From the NCBI GenBank assembly GCA_016784175.1, contig JADHVC010000002.1, positions 330 to 64,329 of the forward strand: a stretch of 64,000 nt of DNA, given 5' to 3'. Shown here one piece after another: positions 39,320 to 49,545 of the stretch. This DNA is from Patescibacteria group bacterium (GTDB lineage Bacteria > Patescibacteriota > Patescibacteriia > Patescibacteriales > BS150m-G62). The position numbers and the translations under genes were made by a program. The notes under the pieces were generated by a model. It was not told the DNA's origin. It ran no database searches and saw only the letters and a list, made by a program, of their open reading frames with translations. Every line of letters begins with the position of its first letter. Position 1 is the first letter of the stretch.

Positions 39320-41539
39320 ATGATTCTATTAAATTATATGTCTAAAAATATCTATAAACTTATCTTAAAGGTGGGCGTGTATATGTCTCTTTTTTCTGTA
39401 TTTTTAGTTTATAGTGGTTTCTTGTTTCCCTATATTACTTCAAAGCAAATATATTTTAATATATTAATCGAATTTATAAGTATATTTTGGGTAGTATATT
39501 TATTGAAATATCCAAAAGAAAGACCAAAAATAACTTATGTTGGTTGGGGTTTAATAGCATATTTCTCTGTAGTTTTACTCACATCCTTCACGGGCGTAGA
39601 TTTTAATCTAAGCTTCTGGGGTGATATTGAGCGAATGCTTGGTTTTTTTCACATAGTTCACTTCTTAGTCCTCTATTTTATTATAATAACTGTGATGCGT
39701 GAATGGCAGGACTGGAAGATATTTTTACTTCTTTCTGTTATTTTAGCCCAGATAGTAAGTTTAAACGGTATTGTTGGCCAGGCTTATTCTACTATCGGCA
39801 ATACTGCTTATGTTGCTGGTTATATAATATTTAACATATTTTTTACTTTTATTCTTATTGCTCGCGAGCAAAATATAAGGTTGCGTTGGGCATATTTGGC
39901 ATTATTACCACTTTTAGTAAAGCAGTTTTTGCTCGCTAGTTCCGCTGGTGGGGCATTTGGATTGGGTTTTAGTTTTTTTGTTATGCTTTTTTTGTATGGC
40001 ATGTTTAGCTCTAATCAAAAAATAAAAAAATATACCTTCGCAGCCATAATTACCTTCTCCGTTCTAACAATAACTGCATTTTCTAATAAGTCGCTAATGA
40101 AAGATACTTCCTTGTTAAGCGACATGTCTTTTGAAAAAAATACCTTTAAAACAAGGCTTATTTCATGGAAGGCCGCTATGTACGATATGCCAAATCATTT
40201 TTTCTTAGGAACTGGATTTGGAAATTTTGCGGTAACTTTTGATAAATATTTTGATCCAATTTTTTATAACTATTCAAGAAGTGAAACATATTTTGACAGA
40301 GCACATAATAATATAATTGAAATTGCCTCAACTACTGGAATGCTAGGGCTAATGGCATATCTCTCAATCTTTTTAGCCGCCGGTATATATCTAATAAGAT
40401 ATTTTAATAGTGGCGTAATTAACATTTATGATTTTTGTTTTGTAAGTGCATTGTTGATAGCCTATTTCGTTCAAAACTTAGCTGTTTTTGATTCTTTAGT
40501 TACATTTATAGGTCTAATGATGACGCTTGGTTATGTGCATTGGATAACGCAAAATAGGGGAGTCGTCACTCAAGAAATTTACTCTGAGGAAAACAATGGA
40601 AAAGTAATAGTTACGAGAGACAATGAAATTTTTGCTTTAGTGGTAGTTGGTTTTGTATTTATTACAATTATTTATCAATACAATTATAAGCCAATAAGAA
40701 TGTTAAAAGGGACAATCGATGGGCAAATTGCATTTATTGAAGGGGATTATCCTAGAGCTAATAAGCACTATGCTCAAGCATTAAGTTATCACACTGGCTT
40801 AGACAGAGATTCAAAAGTTGCTTTTGTACGTGAGGTTGGTAGTCGGATTAGCAGCTTAATCTCATTACCAAAGGAAGAGCGTGATTCAATGGTTAATATG
40901 GCAATAAGATTGGCCGAGGAGAATGTAGCTTTAAATCCACTTGATAGTATGTTGCAATTACAATTGTCTCAAATATATAGAGTGGCTGCTGATTATTATA
41001 CAAATGATCATGCTCTTGCATTAGATCTATTTAATAAATCCAACGATGCTATTGATAGGTCTATCGAAAGCTCTCCAAGAAGAATTAGAATTTATTTTTC
41101 AAAAGCTCAAATTTTACTTTCGGCTGGCAAGACAGAGGATGCAATAGAAATTTTAAAATATGCCAGTACGTTAAATGAAGACTATTATGACACTTTTTGT
41201 CATCTTGGCGGTATTGCGCTTTCTCTAAATGACAAAGAAGAGGCTTATGGTGCATTTGATAAATGTTTAGCACTCAACGGGCAGGGAGTGCTAACTACTC
41301 CAAGCGTGGTTTTCGAATTAGTAAAACACTACAAGGAGATTGGAAATATGGATAATGTTATCAAATTGCTTATTAGGTTAGCCGAGCTTGATCCAAAAAA
41401 TACCAGCATTTTAATAGAGTTAGCTAAACAATATGCGTCTATTGGTGATGTTGAAAACGCAAAAAAAGCAACTTTTAAGGCTACTGAATTAAATCCAAAT
41501 TTGCGAACGCAGGCAATGGAGTTTATTGAAAACTTATAG
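39320..41539 (+). CDS. O-antigen ligase-like (Wzy_C) polytopic membrane protein with C-terminal TPRs; start may be 39338
   Basis: About 12 TM helices, STIGNTAY, R...W....P..G.G..NF, DRAHN motif, TPR-like C-terminus. Confidence 0.85.
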   Translation: MILLNYMSKNIYKLILKVGVYMSLFSVFLVYSGFLFPYITSKQIYFNILIEFISIFWVVYLLKYPKERPKITYVGWGLIAYFSVVLLTSFTGVDFNLSFWGDIERMLGFFHIVHFLVLYFIIITVMREWQDWKIFLLLSVILAQIVSLNGIVGQAYSTIGNTAYVAGYIIFNIFFTFILIAREQNIRLRWAYLALLPLLVKQFLLASSAGGAFGLGFSFFVMLFLYGMFSSNQKIKKYTFAAIITFSVLTITAFSNKSLMKDTSLLSDMSFEKNTFKTRLISWKAAMYDMPNHFFLGTGFGNFAVTFDKYFDPIFYNYSRSETYFDRAHNNIIEIASTTGMLGLMAYLSIFLAAGIYLIRYFNSGVINIYDFCFVSALLIAYFVQNLAVFDSLVTFIGLMMTLGYVHWITQNRGVVTQEIYSEENNGKVIVTRDNEIFALVVVGFVFITIIYQYNYKPIRMLKGTIDGQIAFIEGDYPRANKHYAQALSYHTGLDRDSKVAFVREVGSRISSLISLPKEERDSMVNMAIRLAEENVALNPLDSMLQLQLSQIYRVAADYYTNDHALALDLFNKSNDAIDRSIESSPRRIRIYFSKAQILLSAGKTEDAIEILKYASTLNEDYYDTFCHLGGIALSLNDKEEAYGAFDKCLALNGQGVLTTPSVVFELVKHYKEIGNMDNVIKLLIRLAELDPKNTSILIELAKQYASIGDVENAKKATFKATELNPNLRTQAMEFIENL

Positions 41540-41551
41540 TTTTACTATCTA

Positions 41552-41602
41552 AATATTCCATCCTAAGCAAAAAAAGTGATGTAGGTATAAGTGAGCACTT
41601 AC
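41552..41602. mobile_element. Partial, degenerate MITE copy
   Basis: aatattccatcctaagcaaaaaaagtgatgtaggtataagtgagcacttac between convergent genes. Confidence 0.85.
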
Positions 41603-41615
41603 ATAAATCTCATCT

Positions 41616-42809
41616 TTAAAGTAACGCTTCATAAACCTCATTTGTTTCGGTGAGCATGTTTTCAATTTTAAAGTTTTCTTGAATATTTATTTTGAGTGCT
41701 TCACCAAATTTTATCCTTTTCTTTGGGTCATCAATTAATTCTTTTATACTTCGAGCTAATTCATCCGGTTTTCCAGCCTCAACAAGTAGCCCATTAACAT
41801 CACCCTGAATTATGTCTGATGCACCTCCAACATTAGTGCTTGTTACTGCTAACCCAGCTAAGCCAGCTTCTAATATTGAGTACGGTAAACCTTCTTTCAC
41901 TGAAGAGCAAGCATATATGTCAAAAGCCTTCAGCAAAACACTAGCATTCTGCATTGATCCAGCAAGGATTATATCGTCTTGTAAATTTTTTTGTCTAATC
42001 ATATCTTCTAACTTCTCTCTTTCCTCTCCTTCTCCAATTATAATAGCCTTGATGTTTATAGTATTCTTGATTTGAATTTGTAATGCAATTTTTACAATCT
42101 CAAAAGCTTGGATAAAGTCACCAAAACCCTTGGCTGGATATAAGTTACCAATTGACCCAATCAAGATTGTTGATTTATTAATAGCTAGTCTATCGCCCAG
42201 TAAGTTTTTCAGTGCTTCCAGTGCAGCAGTTTTTTCCAAAAAGTTATCTGCTTTCGTATCTATTCCACTATAAATAAGATTTAACTTGTTTTGTGGAATA
42301 TTTAAGACTTTCCTGGCTGCAATTAAGTCGGGTTTATTTGTGCAGATTATTGCATTTTTTGTTTTAACGGTTCGTTTTTGTGCTAACTTATATAGTGCTA
42401 TTTGCCATTTTGGTATTGGTTCATTAAATATCCATCCATGCGCAGTATACACAACTTTTGTTTTAGTTATAGAACATGCTATAGAGCCTAAAATAGAAGT
42501 TTTAGATGAGTTTAAGTGAACTATGTCAGGGTCAATTTTTCTTATTATTTTAACTAATTTTATGATTGTTTTTATATCATTGATGGGTGAGATGGATCGC
42601 GTTAAGCTGTCTATGCAGAAATACGAAATTTTATTGTTAGTTAATATTTCTCTAAATTTGTTTTCTGGACTATTGCAACCAGAAACAACACCTACTCTGT
42701 ATTTTTCACTAAGGCCAACTGCCAAGTCAATAATATATTTTTGAGAACCGCCAAGCTCAGATTTAGTTACGATATAAAGAATTATCTTTTTTATTTTATT
42801 GTTTATCAT
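41616..42809 (-). CDS. Glycosyltransferase family 4
   Basis: GGSQKY, VHLNSSK, TAHGW, EGLPYSILEA (EX7E). Confidence 0.92.
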   Translation of the reverse strand: MINNKIKKIILYIVTKSELGGSQKYIIDLAVGLSEKYRVGVVSGCNSPENKFREILTNNKISYFCIDSLTRSISPINDIKTIIKLVKIIRKIDPDIVHLNSSKTSILGSIACSITKTKVVYTAHGWIFNEPIPKWQIALYKLAQKRTVKTKNAIICTNKPDLIAARKVLNIPQNKLNLIYSGIDTKADNFLEKTAALEALKNLLGDRLAINKSTILIGSIGNLYPAKGFGDFIQAFEIVKIALQIQIKNTINIKAIIIGEGEEREKLEDMIRQKNLQDDIILAGSMQNASVLLKAFDIYACSSVKEGLPYSILEAGLAGLAVTSTNVGGASDIIQGDVNGLLVEAGKPDELARSIKELIDDPKKRIKFGEALKINIQENFKIENMLTETNEVYEALL

Positions 42810-42877
42810 ATGCTTACTATTATATAATAATTCAATATATTTGTTAAATTCTTAAATATGCTATAATTAAATTAGTT

Positions 42878-44170
42878 ATGAATATATCAATAAAAATTCT
42901 ATTAATCTGTCTAATGTTTTTCACAGGAGGTGTTGCTCATGCTGCAATACCTTCCGATCTTAACCCTACTTCATCGCTTGGTGAATATACTGGATCGCTT
43001 TCGCTTAAGGCAACGAGAGTATCTGATTTCTCTTATGGTTTGGACCTCTCAACTGGTCAAAAGGATGTTGAGTTGCTCAAATTTAATCTTGAGATAAAAG
43101 GATCCGAGGGCGCTGGTTTGACTTGGCTTGGTCTTCGTCAGGTAGGTTTTGAAAATAAATTTACTAATATTCGAGCATACTTTGGTAATCAAAAATTAGG
43201 ACGAAGTATCGATAATTCAGAGTTCTTGGGTGAGGTTATTGACTTTTATAGTTTGGATCAGAGCTTTAGTAAAAATACAAAAAATAGAGTAAGAATAGTT
43301 GGCGATGTTTTAAGTACGGCCTCTCAGGGTCCTGCTACATTAGCTTTTGCTGGTGCCGATTTTAAGGGTACTCAAACTGATTGGGTTAGATCGATAGCAG
43401 AAATAAGTAATACTATTGAATCTAGGATAATAACCACTGATAATACCAAGTTTATAGATCCGACTTCTCCCGAAGACGAATTTGTAGATGAATTTTATCC
43501 TCCGGTAAATCCAACTGATCCTGTCTTACCACCATCAAATCTAACTGGTACTATTTTATCGTCAGTTGGCGAGGCTAAGTGTGATTCAAGTTATCCTACT
43601 GTTGGCGTTAGCGTAAAAAATACAAATTTGTATAGTAAATTAAAAGGCAGGATTATCCTAAAAGTGGAGGAAAACGGTGAGGCATTTTATGTCCACCCAA
43701 CAAAAAAATATATGTATTATCTATGTCGTCCAAGCCATGCTTTCAGGATAATGCGCGAGCAAAGTACTGGTATAACCTCAGCTAGTTTAGAAAAAATGCC
43801 TTATGGTTTAAGCGATCTAAGTGGAGTAGATTCAGATGGAGATGGACTCCCAGACATATTTGAGGATGCTATAGGTACAAATAGAAATTTAAGTAATACA
43901 GATGGGGAAGGTAGCACCGATAGGGTAGATATATTAAATGGTCTTGATCCAAAAAAAAATGGCGCACTAAATACAAATACAAGCAATTCGGCACGGCATA
44001 ATGGTAAAATATTCTTACAAGTTCAGGACCATGGTGAAGCTTGGTATATTTATCCAATTGACTCAATTAGGTACTACTTGGGTCGACCAAGTCATGCCTT
44101 AACAATCATGCGCAGTATGGGGTTGGGCATAAATGATAGTGATTTTAATAAAATGTATTATGACAATTAA
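42878..44170 (+). CDS. Secreted protein with a duplicated C-terminal GEAWY module and DxDxDG repeat
   Basis: Signal peptide (AHA-A); GRIILKVEENGEAFYVHP and GKIFLQVQDHGEAWYIYP; DSDGDGLPD. Confidence 0.8.
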   Translation: MNISIKILLICLMFFTGGVAHAAIPSDLNPTSSLGEYTGSLSLKATRVSDFSYGLDLSTGQKDVELLKFNLEIKGSEGAGLTWLGLRQVGFENKFTNIRAYFGNQKLGRSIDNSEFLGEVIDFYSLDQSFSKNTKNRVRIVGDVLSTASQGPATLAFAGADFKGTQTDWVRSIAEISNTIESRIITTDNTKFIDPTSPEDEFVDEFYPPVNPTDPVLPPSNLTGTILSSVGEAKCDSSYPTVGVSVKNTNLYSKLKGRIILKVEENGEAFYVHPTKKYMYYLCRPSHAFRIMREQSTGITSASLEKMPYGLSDLSGVDSDGDGLPDIFEDAIGTNRNLSNTDGEGSTDRVDILNGLDPKKNGALNTNTSNSARHNGKIFLQVQDHGEAWYIYPIDSIRYYLGRPSHALTIMRSMGLGINDSDFNKMYYDN

Positions 44171-44178
44171 ATTTTAAT

Positions 44179-45210
44179 ATGAACTTAATAAATTTCTCTA
44201 CAATATTTATCTCGCTGGTGCTGGTTTTTTACATATTATCTATCGGAAAATCATTTTTTATTCCAATAGTGATCGCTGTTGTTATTTGGTATCTGATAAT
44301 TGCTATGGCAAGTTTTTTTGGAAAGATTATGTTGAACGAAAAAAGAGCTATCCCTAGGTGGCTAGCCCTTTCATTTTCTCTTATCTCAATATTTTTTATT
44401 TTTTGGGCGCTTATCAGTCTTCTTGAGGCAAATATTCAATCTGTTGTAAGTGCGGCTCCGGGTTATCAAGAAAAGTTTAAAGCTTTGGCGATAAGGTCAT
44501 TTAATGCTATGCATATTGATCAATCGTCAACGCTAGATACGGTGCTCGAGTCTATTAATTTAACAAGTATGGTTGGAAATTTGGCTAACTTTGCAGCCAC
44601 TTTGGCTAAGAATATTAGTATGATATTTATTTATGTTTTGTTTCTACTGGCCGAATATCGAACATTTAATGATAAATTTGCTAAGTTATTTAAAGATAAA
44701 GGTCAACAAAAAAAAGTTAGTGACATTGTAGTGAAGATCGATCAGGATATTAAGACATATATTTCCATTAAAACCATCGCTAGTTTTGTTACTGCATGTT
44801 TAAGTTTTGTAGTGCTTGTTTTTGTGGGCGTGGATTTTCCGGTTTTTTGGGCTCTAATAATATTTTTACTAAATTTTATTCCTACGGTTGGTTCCATTGT
44901 TGCAGTTATATTTCCTGTTTTACTTACATTAATTCAATTTGATACATTGGGGCCCTTTATTGTAGTATTGGTACTTTTAATGTCGGTACAAGTTTTAATT
45001 GGAAATGTACTTGAGCCAAAATTCATGGGAAAGTCATTGAATTTAAGCCCACTAGTTATTATTATTTCTTTGGTTCTTTGGGGTAATGTCTGGGGAGTAA
45101 CTGGTATGTTTTTGTGCGTTCCAATTATGGTAATTTTAAATATTGTGCTATCAAAGTTCTCAAAAACTAGGTCATTAGCTATTATCTTCTCAGCTTCTGG
45201 AAAGATATAA
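44179..45210 (+). CDS. AI-2E family transporter
   Basis: LLNFIPTVGS, GNVLEPKFMGKSLNLSPL, WG..GMFLCVP. Confidence 0.92.
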   Translation: MNLINFSTIFISLVLVFYILSIGKSFFIPIVIAVVIWYLIIAMASFFGKIMLNEKRAIPRWLALSFSLISIFFIFWALISLLEANIQSVVSAAPGYQEKFKALAIRSFNAMHIDQSSTLDTVLESINLTSMVGNLANFAATLAKNISMIFIYVLFLLAEYRTFNDKFAKLFKDKGQQKKVSDIVVKIDQDIKTYISIKTIASFVTACLSFVVLVFVGVDFPVFWALIIFLLNFIPTVGSIVAVIFPVLLTLIQFDTLGPFIVVLVLLMSVQVLIGNVLEPKFMGKSLNLSPLVIIISLVLWGNVWGVTGMFLCVPIMVILNIVLSKFSKTRSLAIIFSASGKI

Positions 45211-45222
45211 TCAGAAAAGTAT

Positions 45223-45410
45223 GTAACTACTCACTATGTCTGCATTATTTTTGAGCGCATATGGAATAAGTAGTAATTTTTAGCAGAATTTAACTTAAAA
45301 AATTTTTGTTTGAGTGAAGCGAGTTTAAAATTTTTATTAAATTGTGCGTAAAAAATTGCCCAATATTCCATCCTAAGCGAAAAAGTGATGTAGATATAGT
45401 GAGTAGTTAC
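45223..45410. mobile_element. Full-length MITE copy (orientation B)
   Basis: 188 bp; gtaactactcactatgtctgcat ... atgtagatatagtgagtagttac; between convergent genes. Confidence 0.93.
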
Positions 45411-45458
45411 GATTTTACCGGGTGGTTTGTTAAATAACATTCCACCTTTTTTTATAAC

Positions 45459-47483
45459 TTACAATTTTTCTTGTTTTCTTGGTTCGCTTACTTGGTTTAA
45501 ATAGTATAGTGCGTGTGTATTTTTTTTATCTAGTTTTAAAGCTTTTTTCCACAGTGTTTCGGCTTTAGGGTAATCACGAAGATTCCAATAGTTTAAGCCC
45601 ATTTTGTTGTATACTGAGGCTAACTTATACCCCTCATCTATCGATCTTTGTAGATAATCTTGAGCTAATAATACATCAGATTCATTTTGGCTAGAAGAGA
45701 GTAGGTAACCTTTTGAAGCTAAGATGTGCATATTGTTTGGTAGTTTTTTTTCTAGCTCATTGTATGTATTAAGCGCTAAGTCTGATTGCCCGTTTAATAA
45801 ACATAACTGAGCTAGATTCAATTTATGGTTAAAGCTAGTACCTTTATTAAGATATGTAATCCTCTCTTTAAAGCCATCTGCAGTTATTGCATGTTTTTTT
45901 ATGGTCTCACTATTTTGTTCTGTATTTTTGAGCATTATTATAGAATAGTAGTCAAAATAAACTAGTGTCCAATTTTTATCATTTAATCGTGAGGCAATAA
46001 AGCTTAATGCCCAAGGTGTTCCGTCAGTGTGAGAAAAGTAAATCGAATTAATATTATATTGTTTGCTGTACAGTTTCCATGCGCTTGTGTCTTCTTGCAT
46101 TGGCTTATAAATATCATGAAAAAATGACACAGTGTATGCTTCTGGCCTATTGTCAACAAATACTAGCTCGTCTGGGTAAAGCCAATATTCAAGTGCGCTT
46201 CCTAAGTCATAATTATTAAAGATTGGCCCTCTGAGTTTATTATCGCGAAAAAAACTTATAGAATTTTCACTGTAATCTGCAAGTCCGAATCCAAAAGGTT
46301 GTTTAATAAAATAGTGATTAGTTCTAGCATCATCGACAATTAAAATTAACACTAAAGAATAGACAATAATAATTGCCATACTGATCGATTTTGCTTTTAC
46401 AAAAAACTCTCTTTTTATGCTCGGTATTGTTATGTAGATATTGTTTGCGATTATTGGCAGAGTGATGAGCGCAAAAATAGGCAAATTTCTAATAGCAAAA
46501 AAAGCTAAAAAGCTAAAGAAAGAAGCGACTAATACATTATAAATTGCAATTCTTTTTCTTTGAATAAGTAGTAAGGTAAAACTTATAACTAGTAGAATGA
46601 AAATAAACTTAAAAAGGCTAATGTTGTAGTTAATCATTATTTCTTCCAAGTAAAACGGCGATTTATTTTCTACAATTTCATAGCCATATTCTCGCAATAT
46701 ACTAAAAGGGTATAGCAGTCCTTTTATAAAATGTGGGTTTAATAAGCTGATCAGAACACTTACATACAAGACTTTGAATAATTCCTGAATAGAATTCGAT
46801 TTAAAAATGTACTTATATTTTATAATCAGTTGTTCAATAAGTGCAGCTCCTATTAAAAAGAATCCAAGAAAAAAGTAGATATGCAAATTTATCCAAAGTA
46901 GTTGAATTGGTACAATCCATTTGATCGATTTAAAGTTGAATTTATTTATTACTGTGGTGTGCAATATTTTATGTTTTGAGTTTAATGTTTGAGTTCGCCA
47001 GTTATAAATTAAGTATGATTCGAATGCTAAAAACAGGTAGCTAAAAGCTTCCGGTCTTATCTCTGTTCTTTGCGATGTTATAAGGATTACTGGTAATATC
47101 AGCGCGCTTGCTAATAAAAAGTTTGACTTAGACTTCGCTATGTTAAAAAATATTAATATTATAGCGATGGCAATAGAAACATTAACTATGCTTAATAATT
47201 TAAAACCACCGATCACAGTTACGGCGTAAAATAATACCCCTGCTAGCCAGTGATGGTTAACAAAAGGTAAATGCTGCTCTGTGAAAGAATAAAAATTTGT
47301 ATACAGCACGCTGGGGTTACTCCAAACAACTTCTCCATTTTTAATGTGTCTGCCTAAATCTAGCGAACTAAATTCCGCCTTTTGAGCAAAAATCACTACA
47401 GTAAGAGTTACTATAAACAAATATAGTATAATGTTTGGCCAATTTTTAATGCTATAGTTTTTAATTTTTTGAAAGTTAATCAT
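45459..47483 (-). CDS. Polytopic membrane protein with C-terminal TPR, probable GT-C-fold glycosyltransferase
   Basis: DLGRHIKNGE, NHHWL, RPE, WINLH and FVDNRPEAY motifs; many TM helices; TPR at the end. Confidence 0.6.
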   Translation of the reverse strand: MINFQKIKNYSIKNWPNIILYLFIVTLTVVIFAQKAEFSSLDLGRHIKNGEVVWSNPSVLYTNFYSFTEQHLPFVNHHWLAGVLFYAVTVIGGFKLLSIVNVSIAIAIILIFFNIAKSKSNFLLASALILPVILITSQRTEIRPEAFSYLFLAFESYLIYNWRTQTLNSKHKILHTTVINKFNFKSIKWIVPIQLLWINLHIYFFLGFFLIGAALIEQLIIKYKYIFKSNSIQELFKVLYVSVLISLLNPHFIKGLLYPFSILREYGYEIVENKSPFYLEEIMINYNISLFKFIFILLVISFTLLLIQRKRIAIYNVLVASFFSFLAFFAIRNLPIFALITLPIIANNIYITIPSIKREFFVKAKSISMAIIIVYSLVLILIVDDARTNHYFIKQPFGFGLADYSENSISFFRDNKLRGPIFNNYDLGSALEYWLYPDELVFVDNRPEAYTVSFFHDIYKPMQEDTSAWKLYSKQYNINSIYFSHTDGTPWALSFIASRLNDKNWTLVYFDYYSIIMLKNTEQNSETIKKHAITADGFKERITYLNKGTSFNHKLNLAQLCLLNGQSDLALNTYNELEKKLPNNMHILASKGYLLSSSQNESDVLLAQDYLQRSIDEGYKLASVYNKMGLNYWNLRDYPKAETLWKKALKLDKKNTHALYYLNQVSEPRKQEKL

Positions 47484-47510
47484 ATATATAAAGTATACTA
47501 TATAGTATGT

Positions 47511-47543
47511 AAAAAAAAGCCATTGAGTTCATTCAATGGCTTT
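47511..47543 (-). terminator. Intrinsic terminator after purC
   Basis: aaagccattga-gttcat-tcaatggcttt; T-tract on the minus strand. Confidence 0.8.
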
Positions 47544-47552
47544 GAGGTTAAT

Positions 47553-48599
47553 TTACTTGCTTTGTGCGCGAAGTAAGAATTGGTTTTGGTAGTTTTTTAG
47601 ACTTTGATTAGTAAGTTTTTCAAAGATTTCATGCAGTCTTGTTTGAACAGTGTCGATGACTTCTTCTGGAACCTTGAGGTTGTGCACAAAGTCTATGTGC
47701 TCATTAACTTCTGGATCAAGGTTGTTTATGCCAATGATGGGACTCCCGTTTTTATCTATAAAAGGTGTTACAATTTGTCTACCCCATACTCTTGCAACTT
47801 CTTTATCATAGAATATCGGATCCCGGCCTTCTTCCATTGCTAATTTCCAGTCTTCATCTGTTGTGAATCGTGAAGAGTCAGGTGTTAGAATTTCATCTGC
47901 AATAATGCCCTCGCCCTCTATTTTTGTATCAAGAATCCTTATCCCAGCCTTTATGAGAGCATATTGATAAGCTTCTTCGTAGGCCTTGCTGAACATTTTT
48001 TCTGTGCGATGTCCTGCTTCTCCTGTTTGGTCAAAGAAAGACCGTACCGTGATGTTCACGTCATGACCTACGCTAGCTTTTGTGGACGGAGTAAAAAGCG
48101 GCTTTGGCATAAATGACCACTTTTGCAGATTCGGCTCTAGTTTTACTCCAGCTACGATGCCAGTCTTTTGATAGTTTTTAAAAACCGACCCTCCAAGGTG
48201 GTGTCTAAAAATCATTTCGAATGGTGGGATAGTAACTTTCTTTACAACCAATGCTCTTTTGAGTGGTATTTCTGGTAGCTTTTCGCTCAAGTCATAAGCA
48301 AAGTTGTGTGTATTAGGGTGAATCTTTGAAGGCTCAAGATGGTTTGGAAAGTCTTTCAAGACAGTTGTCATCCAAAAATGAGTGAGTGCTGTTAAAATTT
48401 CTCCTTTATCTGGCACTTCCACTGGCAACACAAAATCAAAAATCGATAGTCTGTCACTGGCCACCACGAGAAGTAGTGGCTTAGAGTCGCCTGGTTTAGA
48501 GAGTGTATAAGTCTCCCTTACCTTTCCCTGGTGGGTAAGGAGCTCAAATAGCGATGGTATTATTGCACTATCTTTGACTGATTCAGGAATTGACGCCAT
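47553..48599 (-). CDS. purC: Phosphoribosylaminoimidazole-succinocarboxamide (SAICAR) synthase
   Basis: HQGKVRETY, ASDRLSIFD, PDKGEILT, FTPSTKA..GHD.NI, DTKIE, ADEILTPDSSRF, DKE. Confidence 0.95.
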   Translation of the reverse strand: MASIPESVKDSAIIPSLFELLTHQGKVRETYTLSKPGDSKPLLLVVASDRLSIFDFVLPVEVPDKGEILTALTHFWMTTVLKDFPNHLEPSKIHPNTHNFAYDLSEKLPEIPLKRALVVKKVTIPPFEMIFRHHLGGSVFKNYQKTGIVAGVKLEPNLQKWSFMPKPLFTPSTKASVGHDVNITVRSFFDQTGEAGHRTEKMFSKAYEEAYQYALIKAGIRILDTKIEGEGIIADEILTPDSSRFTTDEDWKLAMEEGRDPIFYDKEVARVWGRQIVTPFIDKNGSPIIGINNLDPEVNEHIDFVHNLKVPEEVIDTVQTRLHEIFEKLTNQSLKNYQNQFLLRAQSK

Positions 48600-48657
48600 G
48601 ACTTTATCCTTTTAGTTTTGAGTTTGATGAGGTATGCAATTTTATTGCGTTTTAATG

Positions 48658-49197
48658 CTACTGAGTTTTTTGCATTTCAATTACTTCTGCAAATTCACGC
48701 GAATACGTTGGCCTAGGATCAGGCTTTTTAATTATTGGAAGATTTTCAGAGATGGCGAACTTACAGGCTCTGCTAAACCCTTCCTCACCAAAATAAAAAC
48801 CATGACCATCCTCAAAGACTACTTGGGTTCCGGGCACTTGCGATATACTTAGTCTTGCAGCGAGATTGGCTTTTTTAGTTTTTCCTGAAAAAGCGACCCC
48901 AATGATAACGAGACGATAATCTTCTAATTCGTAGCGTAGAATTGAGTCAATCATTCCCGGCAAGTGGGCTGCCATGCCTGCTCCTGCGATAATTACATCG
49001 AGTTCATTTCTTAATAGCAAAGCTCTTTGCACAGTTAGTAAGTGTCTATGTACACTTGCAGTAATAATTTCCTTTCCTTTAATCGTGGTAATGAGGCCAG
49101 CTGTCTTTGCTTCAATGAGATGTTTAAGGCCGCGCGCGCACTGTGGCAAGTCAGAGTCAGAACCAACTATAACCATTACTCTTCTTGGGCTTTTCAT
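48658..49197 (-). CDS. purE: PurE-family N5-CAIR mutase / AIR carboxylase (divergent)
   Basis: ATG 49197 with GGAG SD; VIVGSDSDLP, SVHR, IIAGAGMAAHLPGMI, SQVPG. Confidence 0.88.
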   Translation of the reverse strand: MKSPRRVMVIVGSDSDLPQCARGLKHLIEAKTAGLITTIKGKEIITASVHRHLLTVQRALLLRNELDVIIAGAGMAAHLPGMIDSILRYELEDYRLVIIGVAFSGKTKKANLAARLSISQVPGTQVVFEDGHGFYFGEEGFSRACKFAISENLPIIKKPDPRPTYSREFAEVIEMQKTQ

Positions 49198-49209
49198 ATA
49201 ATTTTCTCC

Positions 49210-49278
49210 ATAGGTTGTGAATAGGTTGTGAAAAGGACAAATCAAGTAAAATATACCAAAAGATCATTAAATATGCAA
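49210..49278 (-). promoter_or_regulatory. purE promoter with boxA-like motif and an 11-bp tandem repeat in the leader
   Basis: Minus strand TTGCAT-N17-TATATT; TGTCCTTTTCAC at 49239-49228; ataggttgtga x2 at 49210-49231. Confidence 0.55.
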
Positions 49279-49289
49279 GTAAAAAAAAC

Positions 49290-49490
49290 ATAACTACTCA
49301 CTATGTCTGCATTATTTTTAAGCGCATATGGAATATGTAGTAATTATTAGCACAATTTAACTTAAAAAAAATATGTTTGAGTGAAGCGAGTTTAAAATTT
49401 TTGTTTAAAATTTTTGTTAAATTGTGCGTAAAAAATTGCCCAATATTCCATCCTAAGCGAAAAAGTGATGTAGATATAGTAAGTAGTTAC
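49290..49490. mobile_element. Full-length MITE copy (orientation B) with an internal 13-bp duplication
   Basis: 201 bp; gtttaaaattttt duplicated; both flanks read AAAAAAAAC. Confidence 0.93.
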
Positions 49491-49521
49491 AAAAAAAACA
49501 CTCTCATAAGTTGAGAGTGTT
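49491..49521 (-). terminator. Intrinsic terminator after the DUF4012 gene
   Basis: aacactctca-taagt-tgagagtgtt; T-tract on the minus strand. Confidence 0.75.
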
Positions 49522-49545
49522 ATTAATGAAATATTTTATGTTGTA

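Noticed and set aside
45234..45440. Short ORFs overlapping MITE copies (also 16972..17172, 27049..27258, 27280..27465)
   Set aside because: They are translations of the repeat; starts and frames differ between copies, so no conserved peptide or transposase.
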